A DNA stretch of 64,000 bases from Burkholderiales bacterium (GTDB lineage: Bacteria; Pseudomonadota; Gammaproteobacteria; Burkholderiales; SG8-39), in the NCBI GenBank assembly GCA_041617635.1, contig JBFJOO010000006.1, positions 18,756-82,755 of the forward strand. Direction: 5' to 3'. The notes under the pieces are model-generated. The model saw only the letters and a program-made list of their open reading frames with translations, had not been told where the DNA came from and ran no database searches. Shown one piece after another: positions 38,972-48,831 of this stretch. Every line of letters starts with the position of its first letter. Within the stretch, counting starts at the first letter, position 1. Made by a program: the position numbers and the translations under genes.

Positions 38972-40456
38972 ATGAATGCGCCCAGCAGCCCGGTCGACGC
39001 GAGTCGCCAGGCCGAAGTGACCAAGCGCCTCCTGCAGGTGCTGCCCGAGACATCGGTGCTGCACCACGAGGAGGACACTCGGCCGTACGAATGCGACGGA
39101 CTGTCGGCGTACCGCGAGCTGCCGATGGTCGTCGTCCTGCCCGCAAACGAGCGCGAAATCCAGGCGGTCCTCGAGGTGTGCAGCGAGCTCCGTGTCAAGG
39201 TGATTGCCCGCGGCGCGGGGACGGGGCTGTCCGGCGGCGCGCTGCCGTCGGGCGAAGGCGTGCTGCTCTCGACCGCGAAGATGGGGAAGATCCTCCAGGT
39301 CGATCCGGTTGCCCGCACGGCGCGGGTGCAGCCGGGTGTACGAAACCTCTCGATCACCGAGGCCGCAGCACCCTACGGGCTCTATTTCGCGCCCGACCCG
39401 TCGTCGCAGATCGCGTGCACGATCGGCGGCAACGTCGCCGAGAATGCGGGAGGCGTTCACTGTCTCAAGTACGGCTTGACCGTGCACAATGTCATGCGGG
39501 TGCGCGGGGTGACAATTGCGGGCGAAGTGATCGAGCTGGGCTCCGAAGCACTCGACGCGCCCGGCTACGATTTGCTGGCGGCGGTGATCGGGAGCGAGGG
39601 CATGCTCGCGGTGACCACCGAAGTGACCGTGCGTCTGATCCCAAAGCCCGAGCTCGCGCGCTGCATCTTGGCCGCATACGACGACGTGGAGAAGGCCGGC
39701 GACGCGGTCGCCGGCGTGATCGCCGCCGGCATCATTCCGGCCGGGCTGGAGATGATGGACCAGCCCGCGACGCGCGCGGTCGAGGAATTCGTGCACGCGA
39801 ATTATCCGCTCGATGCGAAGGCCATTCTGCTGTGCGAGTCGGATGGCACCCCGGAAGAGGTCGCGGAAGAGATCGACCGGATGACTGAGGTGCTCAGGCG
39901 AACGGGCGCGACCGAGATCCGGGTGTCGCGCGACGAGGCCGAGCGGCTGAAGTTCTGGGCCGGGCGCAAGGCCGCGTTTCCGGCGGTGGGGCGCATCTCG
40001 CCCGACTACTACTGCATGGACGGTACCATTCCGCGCAAGCGGCTCGGTGCCATGCTGAGCGCCATCGCGGAGCTCGAGAAGAAGTACCGACTGCGGTGCC
40101 CGAACGTCTTTCACGCCGGCGACGGCAATCTGCACCCGCTAATCCTGTTCGATGCGAACGACCCTGACGAGCTCCACCGCACCGAGCAGTTTGCCGCCGA
40201 GGTGCTCGAGCTCTCGATCGCGTACGGCGGCACGGTGACCGGCGAGCACGGCGTCGGCATCGAGAAGATCAACCAGATGTGCGTGCAGTTCTCGCCCGAC
40301 GAACTCGAGATGTTTCGCGGCGTGAAGCGCGCATTCGATTCGCCCGGACTGCTCAACCCCGACAAGAACATCCCGACGCTCCGCCGTTGCGCCGAGTACG
40401 GAAAGATGCACGTGCATCGCGGGCAGCTGCCGCATCCCGAATTGCCCCGGTTCTGA
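38972..40456 (+). CDS. glcD: Glycolate oxidase subunit GlcD
   Basis: RGAGTGLSGG, PDPSSQIACTIGGN, HAGDGNLHP and GEHGVG. Confidence 0.93.
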   Translation: MNAPSSPVDASRQAEVTKRLLQVLPETSVLHHEEDTRPYECDGLSAYRELPMVVVLPANEREIQAVLEVCSELRVKVIARGAGTGLSGGALPSGEGVLLSTAKMGKILQVDPVARTARVQPGVRNLSITEAAAPYGLYFAPDPSSQIACTIGGNVAENAGGVHCLKYGLTVHNVMRVRGVTIAGEVIELGSEALDAPGYDLLAAVIGSEGMLAVTTEVTVRLIPKPELARCILAAYDDVEKAGDAVAGVIAAGIIPAGLEMMDQPATRAVEEFVHANYPLDAKAILLCESDGTPEEVAEEIDRMTEVLRRTGATEIRVSRDEAERLKFWAGRKAAFPAVGRISPDYYCMDGTIPRKRLGAMLSAIAELEKKYRLRCPNVFHAGDGNLHPLILFDANDPDELHRTEQFAAEVLELSIAYGGTVTGEHGVGIEKINQMCVQFSPDELEMFRGVKRAFDSPGLLNPDKNIPTLRRCAEYGKMHVHRGQLPHPELPRF

Positions 40457-40478
40457 AGGAAGTCGCGAGCGCCAGCTG

Positions 40479-41543
40479 ATGCCGGACGAGGTGAAAGCGC
40501 TTGCCGAGACGATACGCGGTGCCGCGGAAGCGGGGCGTCCCCTGCGCTTGCGCGGTGGTGGCACCAAGGATTTCTACGGCCAGTCGCTGGATGGTGACGT
40601 GCTGGACGCGCGCGGCCACGCCGGTATCGTCGCGTACGAGCCGACGGAGCTTGTGGTCACCGTGCGCGGCGGCACGCGCCTCGCGGAGCTCGAGGCGGCG
40701 CTCGCGGAGAAGGGGCAGATGCTCCCCTTCGAGCCGCCGCACTTCGGGGCCGACGCGACGGTCGGCGGTGCCGTGGCGGCCGGGCTCTCCGGCCCGCGGC
40801 GACAATCCGCCGGTGCACTGCGCGATTTCGTGCTGGGCGCGCGCATCCTCGACGGCCGGGGACGTGACTTGAGCTTCGGTGGCCAGGTGATGAAGAACGT
40901 CGCGGGCTACGACGTCTCGCGGCTGGTGGCGGGATCGCTCGGCACGCTCGGCCTGATTCTCGAGGTGTCGCTCAAGGTCCTGCCGATCCCCGTGACGGAG
41001 ACGACGCTGCGCCTCGAGTTTCCCCAGGACAAGGCGGTCGAGACCATGAACCGTTGGGGCGGCAAACCGCTCCCGATAAGTGCCACGGCGTGGGCTGGTG
41101 GCGACCTGGAAGTGCGGCTGTCCGGGGCCGAGGCGGCCGTGCGTGCTGCGCGCGAGAAGATCGGTGGCGCCGTCGTCGATGCCGCCCAGGCGGCCGCATT
41201 CTGGACCGGCGTTCGCGAGCACACGGCCCCTTTCTTTCGCGGCGGTGCTTCGCTGTGGCGCGTATCGGTGCCTTCGTCCGCTGCGACGCTCGAGCTGCCC
41301 GGCGACCAGTTGATCGAGTGGGGCGGCAGCCTGCGCTGGCTCGCGACCGAAGCCGACGCGCGGATCATTCGTGAGCGGGTCGCGAAGGCCGGCGGACATG
41401 CCACGCTCTTTCGCGGCGGAGACAAGACGGTGGGCGTGTTCCACCCGCTCCCAACGACGATCGCCCGGATCCACGCGAACCTCAAGCGCGAGTTCGATCC
41501 GCAGGGCGTGCTGAATCGCGGCCGGATGTATCCGGGTTTCTAA
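40479..41543 (+). CDS. glcE: Glycolate oxidase subunit GlcE
   Basis: YEPTELV, FGGQVMKNVAGYD and EWGGSLRW. Confidence 0.94.
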   Translation: MPDEVKALAETIRGAAEAGRPLRLRGGGTKDFYGQSLDGDVLDARGHAGIVAYEPTELVVTVRGGTRLAELEAALAEKGQMLPFEPPHFGADATVGGAVAAGLSGPRRQSAGALRDFVLGARILDGRGRDLSFGGQVMKNVAGYDVSRLVAGSLGTLGLILEVSLKVLPIPVTETTLRLEFPQDKAVETMNRWGGKPLPISATAWAGGDLEVRLSGAEAAVRAAREKIGGAVVDAAQAAAFWTGVREHTAPFFRGGASLWRVSVPSSAATLELPGDQLIEWGGSLRWLATEADARIIRERVAKAGGHATLFRGGDKTVGVFHPLPTTIARIHANLKREFDPQGVLNRGRMYPGF

Positions 41544-41548
41544 GTCTC

Positions 41549-42769
41549 ATGCAGACCAGCCTTGCCGAGTTCATCAAGGACACGCCTGCGGGCCGGGAGG
41601 CCGAGTCCATCCTGCGCAAGTGCGTGCACTGCGGCTTTTGCACCGCGACCTGCCCGACGTATCAGCTGCTCGGCGACGAGCTCGACGGGCCGCGCGGGCG
41701 CATCTACCTGATGAAGCAGGCACTCGAAGGGCAACCGGTCACGACGAAGACCCTGCTGCACCTCGATCGCTGCCTGACCTGCCGGAGCTGCGAAACGACC
41801 TGTCCATCGGGTGTCCAGTACGGGAGACTGCTCGACATCGGCCGTAGCGTCGTCAATGAACGGGTCGACCGACCGACGATCGACACTCTGCAACGCAAGG
41901 CGCTCGCGTCGGTGCTGCCGCGACGCGGGCTGTTCACCTTCCTGCTCGCGCTCGGCCGAATCGTTCGCCCGCTGCTGCCAGGCGTGCTGAAGGAAAAAGT
42001 GCCCGCGGCCGGGAACCCGGGAACGTGGCCGTCCGCGCGGCACGCCCGCCGGATGATCGCGCTCGCGGGATGCGTGCAGCCCGCGCTCGCGCCCGACATC
42101 AACGCGGCGGCTGCGCGCGTGCTCGACCGCATCGGCATCTCCCTGGTCGAGGCCCCGGGCGCGGGCTGCTGTGGTGCCGTGCGGTATCACCTCGACTACC
42201 AGGCGGACGGCCTCGACGACATGCGGGCGATGATCGACGCGTGGTGGCCGCACGTCGAGGCCGGCGCCGAGGCGATCGTCATGACGGCGAGCGGCTGCGG
42301 CGTGACCGTCAAGGACTACGCTCACCTCTTGGCGGGCGATCCGAAATACGCCGACAAGGCGCGCCGCGTCAGCGCGCTCACGCGCGACCTGTGCGAAGTG
42401 CTGGAGCCCGAGATGGACCGGCTCGGGCCCGCGCGGGACGAAGGGCCGCGCGTGGCGTTTCACTCACCTTGCACGCTGCAGCACGGGCAGCAGGTGCGGG
42501 GTGTCGTCGAGCGCATTCTGGCGCGCGCCGGTTTCCGGCTCGCGCCGGTGCCCGACGCACACTTGTGCTGCGGGTCGGCGGGGACGTATTCAATTCTGCA
42601 GGCGCGACTCTCGAAGGAGCTGAAGCGGAACAAGCTCGTCGCGCTGCAGTCGGGCATGCCCGACCTGGTCGCCACGGCGAACATCGGATGCCTCGCGCAT
42701 CTCGCGGGCGGGTCACAGGTCCCTGTGCAGCACTGGATCGTCGCCCTGGACCGGCGCCTCGCGTCCTGA
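41549..42769 (+). CDS. glcF: Glycolate oxidase Fe-S subunit GlcF
   Basis: CVHCGFCTATCP, CLTCRSCETTCP and two CCG domains. Confidence 0.95.
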   Translation: MQTSLAEFIKDTPAGREAESILRKCVHCGFCTATCPTYQLLGDELDGPRGRIYLMKQALEGQPVTTKTLLHLDRCLTCRSCETTCPSGVQYGRLLDIGRSVVNERVDRPTIDTLQRKALASVLPRRGLFTFLLALGRIVRPLLPGVLKEKVPAAGNPGTWPSARHARRMIALAGCVQPALAPDINAAAARVLDRIGISLVEAPGAGCCGAVRYHLDYQADGLDDMRAMIDAWWPHVEAGAEAIVMTASGCGVTVKDYAHLLAGDPKYADKARRVSALTRDLCEVLEPEMDRLGPARDEGPRVAFHSPCTLQHGQQVRGVVERILARAGFRLAPVPDAHLCCGSAGTYSILQARLSKELKRNKLVALQSGMPDLVATANIGCLAHLAGGSQVPVQHWIVALDRRLAS

Positions 42770-42832
42770 CTCCGGACGGCGGAGACCGGCGGTCGCGTGT
42801 AGGCTTCGACGTTCCACTAGCCTCCCGATTTC

Positions 42833-43792
42833 ATGCACCCACAGTTCGCCAGCGGCGTCGCGCTCGCGATGGCCGCGGTCATCGTCTGGGGCGCGCAGTT
42901 TCCCATCGCCAAGAGCGCGTTCGCGTACGTCGATCCGTACCACGTGTCGGCCATCCGCTACACGCTCGGTACGCTGCTCCTGGTGCCGCTTGTCGCGGCG
43001 CTCCAGGGCCCGCAATCGTTGCGTTACTACGGGCGCCTGTGGCCGGCGTCGCTGCTCGGATTGATCGGCATGACCGGATCGCCGCTCCTGGTGTTTACGG
43101 GTCTGTCGATGACGGGCCCCGAGCACACGGCGATCATCGTTTCGCTGCAACCCTCGATGACGGCGATCGCCGACTGGCTGGTGCACGGTCGCCGGCCCGC
43201 GCGCTTCACGCTCGTGTGCATCGTGACCGCTTTTGTCGGCGTCGTGCTGGTCGTGACGCAAGGCGGCACCGCGCTGGCGCCCGGACGCGATGCATTGCTG
43301 GGCGATGTGCTCGTCCTGGCCGGCGCGCTGTGCTGGGTGGTCTACACGATGGGCACCGAGATGTTCCGCGGCTGGTCGGCGCTCAAGCTGACGGCGCTCA
43401 CGCTCATCCCGGGTTCGATCGGACTCGTGCTCGTGACGGCGGCGTTGGTCCCGCTCGGCGTCGCGACGGTTCCGACTTGGGGCGGCATCCAGGCGGTCGG
43501 CGCAGAGCTCGCCTTTCTCGCGGTCGTCGGCGTGGCCGCCTCGTTCATCTGCTGGAACGCCGGCAGCCGGCGGATCGGGACGCTCAATACCATGCTCATG
43601 ATGAATCTGATTCCGGTCGTCACGTTCATGATCGGGTTCATGCAGGGCCGGCGCTTCGTCGCGTCGGAACTGGCCGGCGCCGCGATCGTGATCGGCGCGC
43701 TCGCGGCGAACAACGTCTACCTGCGGCGCGCGGCACGCACGGCGGCCGCGCGTGCCGCCGCCATTGGCGATAATCAGGCCCGGCCGGCCTGA
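42833..43792 (+). CDS. DMT/EamA family transporter
   Basis: Ten-TM duplicated EamA pattern (VWGAQF; GALCW). Confidence 0.9.
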   Translation: MHPQFASGVALAMAAVIVWGAQFPIAKSAFAYVDPYHVSAIRYTLGTLLLVPLVAALQGPQSLRYYGRLWPASLLGLIGMTGSPLLVFTGLSMTGPEHTAIIVSLQPSMTAIADWLVHGRRPARFTLVCIVTAFVGVVLVVTQGGTALAPGRDALLGDVLVLAGALCWVVYTMGTEMFRGWSALKLTALTLIPGSIGLVLVTAALVPLGVATVPTWGGIQAVGAELAFLAVVGVAASFICWNAGSRRIGTLNTMLMMNLIPVVTFMIGFMQGRRFVASELAGAAIVIGALAANNVYLRRAARTAAARAAAIGDNQARPA

Positions 43793-43828
43793 TCACGCAG
43801 CGCCGGACACGGCTCTAGAACCTATCTC

Positions 43829-45622
43829 ATGGCGCGCAGACGCGACGATATCCCCGATCGACCCGCGAACCGGGACTTGCGATTGCTCGTGCGAATCGGC
43901 GGCTTCCTGAAGCCGTACCGAGGCCGCATCGCCGTCGCGGTGGTGGCGCTTCTGACGGCCGCCGGTTGCGTGCTCGTGCTCGGGCAGGGCCTGCGGCAGG
44001 TCATCGATGCCGGGTTCGCGGCCCGCGATCCCACGTCGCTCGACCGTGCGCTCTTCGGCCTGCTCGCAGTGGTCGGAGTCCTGTCGATCGCGACGTACGC
44101 GCGCTTCTACTCGGTGTCGTGGCTCGGAGAGCGGGTCACCGCCGACTTGCGGCGCGCCGTTTTCAGCCGAATTCTCGATCTGCCGCCCGGCTTCTTCGAG
44201 GCGACCCGCACGGGAGAAGTGATCTCCCGGCTCACCAACGACACTGCGTTGCTCGAGGTCGTGATCGGCTCGTCGGCGTCGTTCGCGGTCCGGAACTTTC
44301 TCATCACGACCGGCAGCCTGGTGATGCTGATCGTCACCAGCCCCAAGCTCACCGCGCTGGTGGTCCTCGGCGTGCCTCTCGTCGTCGTGCCGATCCTGCT
44401 CTTCGGGCGGCGCGTGCGGCGGCTGTCGCGCGCCACTCAGGACCGGGTCGCGGACCTCTCCGCCTATGTCGACGAGGCCCTGCACGAGATCCGTACCGTC
44501 CAGGCCTATGGCCACGAGCCGCACGATCGCCGGCTGTTCGCCGAGCGTGTCGAGAACGCGTTCGGCACCGCTTTGCGGCGCATTCGCCAGCGAGCGGCGC
44601 TGATCTCGATGGTGATCCTGCTGTCGTTCGGGGCGGTCGGGGTCATTCTCTGGATCGGCGGCCACGACGTCCTGTCCGGGCGCTTGAGCGCCGGAGAGCT
44701 GTCCGCGTTCGTGTTCTATGCAGTGCTGGTGGCCGGCGGGGCGGCGGCGATCTCGGAGGTCGTCGGCGACCTGCAACGTGCCGCCGGCGCGACCGAACGG
44801 CTGCTGGAGCTGCTCGCCACCGAGCCCGAGATCCGCGCGCCCGCCGATCCGGTCGCGCTTCCCGATCCGCCGCGCGGTGAACTCGATCTCTCGCGCGTGA
44901 CGTTCTGCTATCCGTCGCGTCCGGATGATCCGGCGCTCGCCGATTTCACGCTCGCCGTGCGTTCCGGGGAGCGCGTCGCGCTGGTGGGGCCGTCGGGGGC
45001 GGGCAAGTCCACGGTGTTTCAGCTGCTGCTGCGCTACTACGAGCCGGGCGCGGGCGAGATCCGGCTCGACGGATACGACGTCCGGCGCGCCGATCCGCGC
45101 GCGGTCCGCAGCCGCTTCGCGCTCGTGCCGCAAGACCCCGTGATCTTCGCCGCATCGGTGCGGGAGAATGTTCGCTATGCGCGGCCCGACGCAGCCGACG
45201 TCGAGGTGCTCGAAGCCTGTCGCGCGGCGTATGCGATGGAGTTCATCGAGCGCCTCCCCGATGGGTTCGATTCCTACCTCGGGGAGCGTGGTGTGCGGCT
45301 GTCGGGCGGGCAGCGGCAGCGGCTGTCGATCGCTCGCGCCCTGCTCGCCGATCGCGCAGTGCTGCTGCTCGACGAGGCGACGAGCTCGCTCGACGCGCAA
45401 AGCGAGCGATACGTGCAGCTGGCGCTCGGGCGTCTCATGGAGGGCCGCACAACGCTCATCATCGCGCATCGATTCGCCACTGTGCAGGGCGTGGACCGCA
45501 TCGTGGTGATGGACCAGGGTCGCATCGTCGCGTCCGGCACGCACGCCGAGCTCATGCGGGCCGGCGGGCTCTACGCTCGGCTCGCGGCGCTGCAGTTCAT
45601 GGCCGAGGCCGAGACCGCATGA
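43829..45622 (+). CDS. ABC exporter, permease + ATPase (MsbA-like)
   Basis: Six-TM domain, GPSGAGKS, LSGGQRQR and LLLDEATS. Confidence 0.94.
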   Translation: MARRRDDIPDRPANRDLRLLVRIGGFLKPYRGRIAVAVVALLTAAGCVLVLGQGLRQVIDAGFAARDPTSLDRALFGLLAVVGVLSIATYARFYSVSWLGERVTADLRRAVFSRILDLPPGFFEATRTGEVISRLTNDTALLEVVIGSSASFAVRNFLITTGSLVMLIVTSPKLTALVVLGVPLVVVPILLFGRRVRRLSRATQDRVADLSAYVDEALHEIRTVQAYGHEPHDRRLFAERVENAFGTALRRIRQRAALISMVILLSFGAVGVILWIGGHDVLSGRLSAGELSAFVFYAVLVAGGAAAISEVVGDLQRAAGATERLLELLATEPEIRAPADPVALPDPPRGELDLSRVTFCYPSRPDDPALADFTLAVRSGERVALVGPSGAGKSTVFQLLLRYYEPGAGEIRLDGYDVRRADPRAVRSRFALVPQDPVIFAASVRENVRYARPDAADVEVLEACRAAYAMEFIERLPDGFDSYLGERGVRLSGGQRQRLSIARALLADRAVLLLDEATSSLDAQSERYVQLALGRLMEGRTTLIIAHRFATVQGVDRIVVMDQGRIVASGTHAELMRAGGLYARLAALQFMAEAETA

Positions 45623-47127
45623 TCTTGCGCGCGGCTTTGCTTGCGCTCCTGTGCGCGACCAGTGGCGGGTTGCAGGCGCAGGATGACGTCCTCAAGGTCG
45701 GGTCGAAGCGGTTCACCGAGTCGTACATCCTCGGGGAGATCATCCGCCAGAGCGCGGTGCGCGCCGGCGCGCGCGCCGCGCACCGCCAGGGTCTCGGAGG
45801 CACCGGCATCGTGTTCGCGGCGCTCGAAGCGGGGGCGATCGACCTCTATCCCGAGTACACTGGCACGATCGCGCGCGAGATCCTCAGGCTGGAAGGTAGC
45901 CCGACGATCGAAGAGCTCAACCGTGCCCTCGCGCCGCGCGGTTTCGCAGTCGCCGTGCCCCTCGGGTTCAACAACACGTACGCGCTCGCGATGCGCAACG
46001 GCCAAGCCCAGGAGCTCGGCATTCGCTCGATCTCCGACCTAGCGGCGCATACCGAGCTGCGCCTGGGGTTCGGGCCCGAGTTCATCGCACGGCCCGATGG
46101 CTGGGCCGGCGTCAAGGCGGCCTATGGTCTGCCGCAGCGCACGCCGCCGGCGCTCGATCACGGGCTCGCGTACGAGGCGATCGGCGCGGGCCGCATCGAC
46201 GTCATGGACATCTACTCCACGGACGCCAAGATCGAGCGGTTTGACCTGCGCACACTCGACGACGACCGTGGCTTCTTTCCCAAGTACGATGCCGTACTCC
46301 TGTACCGCATCGATGTCCCGAAGCGCTTTCCTGAAGCGTGGCAGGCGCTCCTCGCGCTGGAAGGGAAAATCGACGCCACCCGAATGATCCGGCTCAATGC
46401 CGCCGCCGAGCTGGAAGGCCGCACTTTCGCCGAGGCGGCGCGGCTCTACTTCGACGATTCGACCAAGCCGGCGTCGGCTGGACGCGGGACGCTGTGGAAC
46501 GCGGTATGGGGGCCGGGTTTCGTCCGTCTCACGCGCGAGCACCTCGTACTCGTTTTCGCCTCGCTCGCCGTGGCGGTTCTGATCGGCGTGCCCCTCGGAT
46601 TCGTCGCGGCCAAGTTTCCGGCTGCTGGGCACGGCATTCTCGCGGTGGTCGGCGTGATCCAGACAATCCCCGCGCTCGCGCTGTTCGCTTTCCTCATCGC
46701 GCTGATGGAGGCGATCGGGATCCTCCCTGCGCTGGTCGCGCTGTTCCTTTACGCGCTCCTGCCGATCGTGCGCAACACGCATGCCGGCATCACGGGTGTC
46801 CGCGCGAGCCTCCGCCACGCTGCGATGGCGCTCGGACTCTCAGCGCGCGATCGCGTCCTGCTCGTCGAGCTGCCGCTCGCGGCGCCGACGATTCTCGCCG
46901 GCGTGAAGACCTCGGCCATCATCAACGTCGGCACCGCGACGATCGCCGCCTTCATCGGTGCCGGCGGCTACGGCGAGCGCATCGTGCAAGGCCTCGCGCT
47001 GAACGACACCACTCTCATGCTCGCCGGGGCCCTACCGGCGGCGGCACTGGCGATCCTCGTGCAGATCGTCTTCGACGTGCTGGAGCGAATGGCAAGCCCA
47101 CTCGCGCGGGCCGGCGCCGGTTCGTAA
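45619..47127 (+). CDS. Osmoprotectant (glycine betaine/choline) ABC transporter, substrate-binding + permease fusion
   Basis: VGSKRFTE, YPEYTGT, NNTYA, QTIPALAL and the EAA-like AAMALG. ATGA overlap with the upstream gene. Confidence 0.92.
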   Translation: MILRAALLALLCATSGGLQAQDDVLKVGSKRFTESYILGEIIRQSAVRAGARAAHRQGLGGTGIVFAALEAGAIDLYPEYTGTIAREILRLEGSPTIEELNRALAPRGFAVAVPLGFNNTYALAMRNGQAQELGIRSISDLAAHTELRLGFGPEFIARPDGWAGVKAAYGLPQRTPPALDHGLAYEAIGAGRIDVMDIYSTDAKIERFDLRTLDDDRGFFPKYDAVLLYRIDVPKRFPEAWQALLALEGKIDATRMIRLNAAAELEGRTFAEAARLYFDDSTKPASAGRGTLWNAVWGPGFVRLTREHLVLVFASLAVAVLIGVPLGFVAAKFPAAGHGILAVVGVIQTIPALALFAFLIALMEAIGILPALVALFLYALLPIVRNTHAGITGVRASLRHAAMALGLSARDRVLLVELPLAAPTILAGVKTSAIINVGTATIAAFIGAGGYGERIVQGLALNDTTLMLAGALPAAALAILVQIVFDVLERMASPLARAGAGS

Positions 47128-47225
47128 GATCTGCGGCGGCGGCGCTGGCGATACTCGTGCAGATCGTCTTCGATGTGCTGGAGCGACTTGCCAGTCCGCT
47201 CGCGCGGGCCGGCGCCGGTTCGTGA
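47038..47225 (+). repeat. Degenerate direct duplication of the last 30 codons of the osmoprotectant transporter gene
   Basis: 47038-47127 vs 47136-47225 match at 81/90 nt. Confidence 0.92.
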
Positions 47226-47362
47226 GCGCAGTCGTTCTGGCGCATTGACCGGGGCCACGGGCGCTGTTGTATCATCGGTGCACTCGGCGCGCCGGCCATC
47301 AGAACGGCCACTAGAACGATCCTCGCCCGGCGCGCAAGCAGCAGACAGCAAGGGGGAAAAGC

Positions 47363-48493
47363 ATGCTCATCGGTATTCCCGCCGAGACCCGTGCGGGCGA
47401 AGCGCGCGTCGCCGCGACGCCCGAGACGGTAAAGAAGCTCGTCGCCGGCGGACACCACAAGGTTCTCGTGCAGACCGGAGCCGGCGTGGGCGCAAGCATC
47501 CCGGACGCCGAGTTCGCGGCGGCGGGCGCGACGATCGCGGGCTCCGCAGCCGATGTTTTCGCGAAGGCCGATGTCGTGCTGGTGGTGCGTGGGCCGGACG
47601 CGAGCGTGGTCGGGCAGATGAAGAAGAGCGCGATGCTCGTCGGCCTGCTGAATCCCTTCGACAGCGGCGCCATGGAGAACTACGCGAAAACCGGCGTCAC
47701 CGGCTTCGCGCTGGAATCGCTGCCGCGGACCACCCGCGCGCAATCCATGGACGTGCTGTCTTCGCAGGCGAACATCGCGGGCTACAAGGCCGTCATGATC
47801 GCGGCGAACGAATACGGCCGGTTCATGCCGATGCTCATGACTGCTGCCGGCACCGTGAAGGCCGCGCGCGTGCTGATCCTCGGCGCGGGTGTGGCGGGTC
47901 TGCAGGCCATTGCGACCGCGAAGCGCCTCGGCGCGGTGATCGAGGCGTCCGACGTGCGGCCGGCGGTGAAAGAGCAGATCGAATCGCTCGGCGCGAAATT
48001 CCTCGACGTTCCGTACTTGACCGACGAGGAGCGCGAGATCGCGGAGGGCGTGGGCGGCTATGCGCGGCCCATGCCGGCGGATTGGATGCGCCGCCAGGCG
48101 GAGCTCGTCGACCAGCGCGCGCGGGCGGCCGACATCGTGATCACGACGGCGCTCATCCCCGGGCGTCCGGCGCCGCGGCTGATCCGGGAGGACACTCTCA
48201 AGGCAATGAAACCGGGGTCGGTGGTCGTCGACCTGGCGGTCGAGCAGGGCGGCAACGTGGAGGGCTCCGAGGCCGGCAAGATCGCGGTCAAGCACGGCGT
48301 CAAGATCGTCGGGCTCCTCAATCTGCCAGCGCTGCTGGCCGCGGACGCGAGCGCGCTTTATGCGCGCAACGTACTCAATTTCGTCGCGCTGCTCGCCGAT
48401 CCCAAGACCGGGGAGCGCAAGCTCGACCGCGAAGACGAGATCATCGCGGGCGCGCTGGTGTGCATCGACGGCGCAGTCGTCAAGAAACAGTGA
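47363..48493 (+). CDS. pntAa: NAD(P) transhydrogenase subunit alpha, part 1
   Basis: [24 protein letters not shown] and DLAVEQGGN. Confidence 0.95.
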   Translation: MLIGIPAETRAGEARVAATPETVKKLVAGGHHKVLVQTGAGVGASIPDAEFAAAGATIAGSAADVFAKADVVLVVRGPDASVVGQMKKSAMLVGLLNPFDSGAMENYAKTGVTGFALESLPRTTRAQSMDVLSSQANIAGYKAVMIAANEYGRFMPMLMTAAGTVKAARVLILGAGVAGLQAIATAKRLGAVIEASDVRPAVKEQIESLGAKFLDVPYLTDEEREIAEGVGGYARPMPADWMRRQAELVDQRARAADIVITTALIPGRPAPRLIREDTLKAMKPGSVVVDLAVEQGGNVEGSEAGKIAVKHGVKIVGLLNLPALLAADASALYARNVLNFVALLADPKTGERKLDREDEIIAGALVCIDGAVVKKQ

Positions 48494-48503
48494 GGAACGA
48501 GAA

Positions 48504-48821
48504 ATGACCGGAACCATCGACCCGACCGTCTTCTACCTGATCGTCTTCGTGCTGGCGATCTTCGTCGGCTACCACGTGATCTGGAACGTGACGCCGGCGC
48601 TGCACACGCCGCTGATGAGCGTCACGAACGCCATCAGCTCGGTGATCATGGTGGGCGCGATCCTCGCCGCCGGTCCGGAGGAGACCGACTTCGGCTCGAT
48701 CATCGGCGCGGTGGCCGTGGGCCTCGTCGCGATCAACACGTTCGGCGGATTCCTCGTCACGCAGCGCATGCTCGACATGTTCAAGAAGAAAGAGCCCAAG
48801 GGCGGCGCGAAGAAGGGCTGA
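48504..48821 (+). CDS. pntAb: NAD(P) transhydrogenase subunit alpha, part 2
   Basis: [17 protein letters not shown] and RMLDMF. Confidence 0.95.
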   Translation: MTGTIDPTVFYLIVFVLAIFVGYHVIWNVTPALHTPLMSVTNAISSVIMVGAILAAGPEETDFGSIIGAVAVGLVAINTFGGFLVTQRMLDMFKKKEPKGGAKKG

Positions 48822-48831
48822 GGATCCGACG

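Noticed and set aside
47127-47132. AGATCT (BglII) site at the duplication junction as a cloning scar
   Set aside because: A single 6-mer is expected by chance, and no vector sequence is present.
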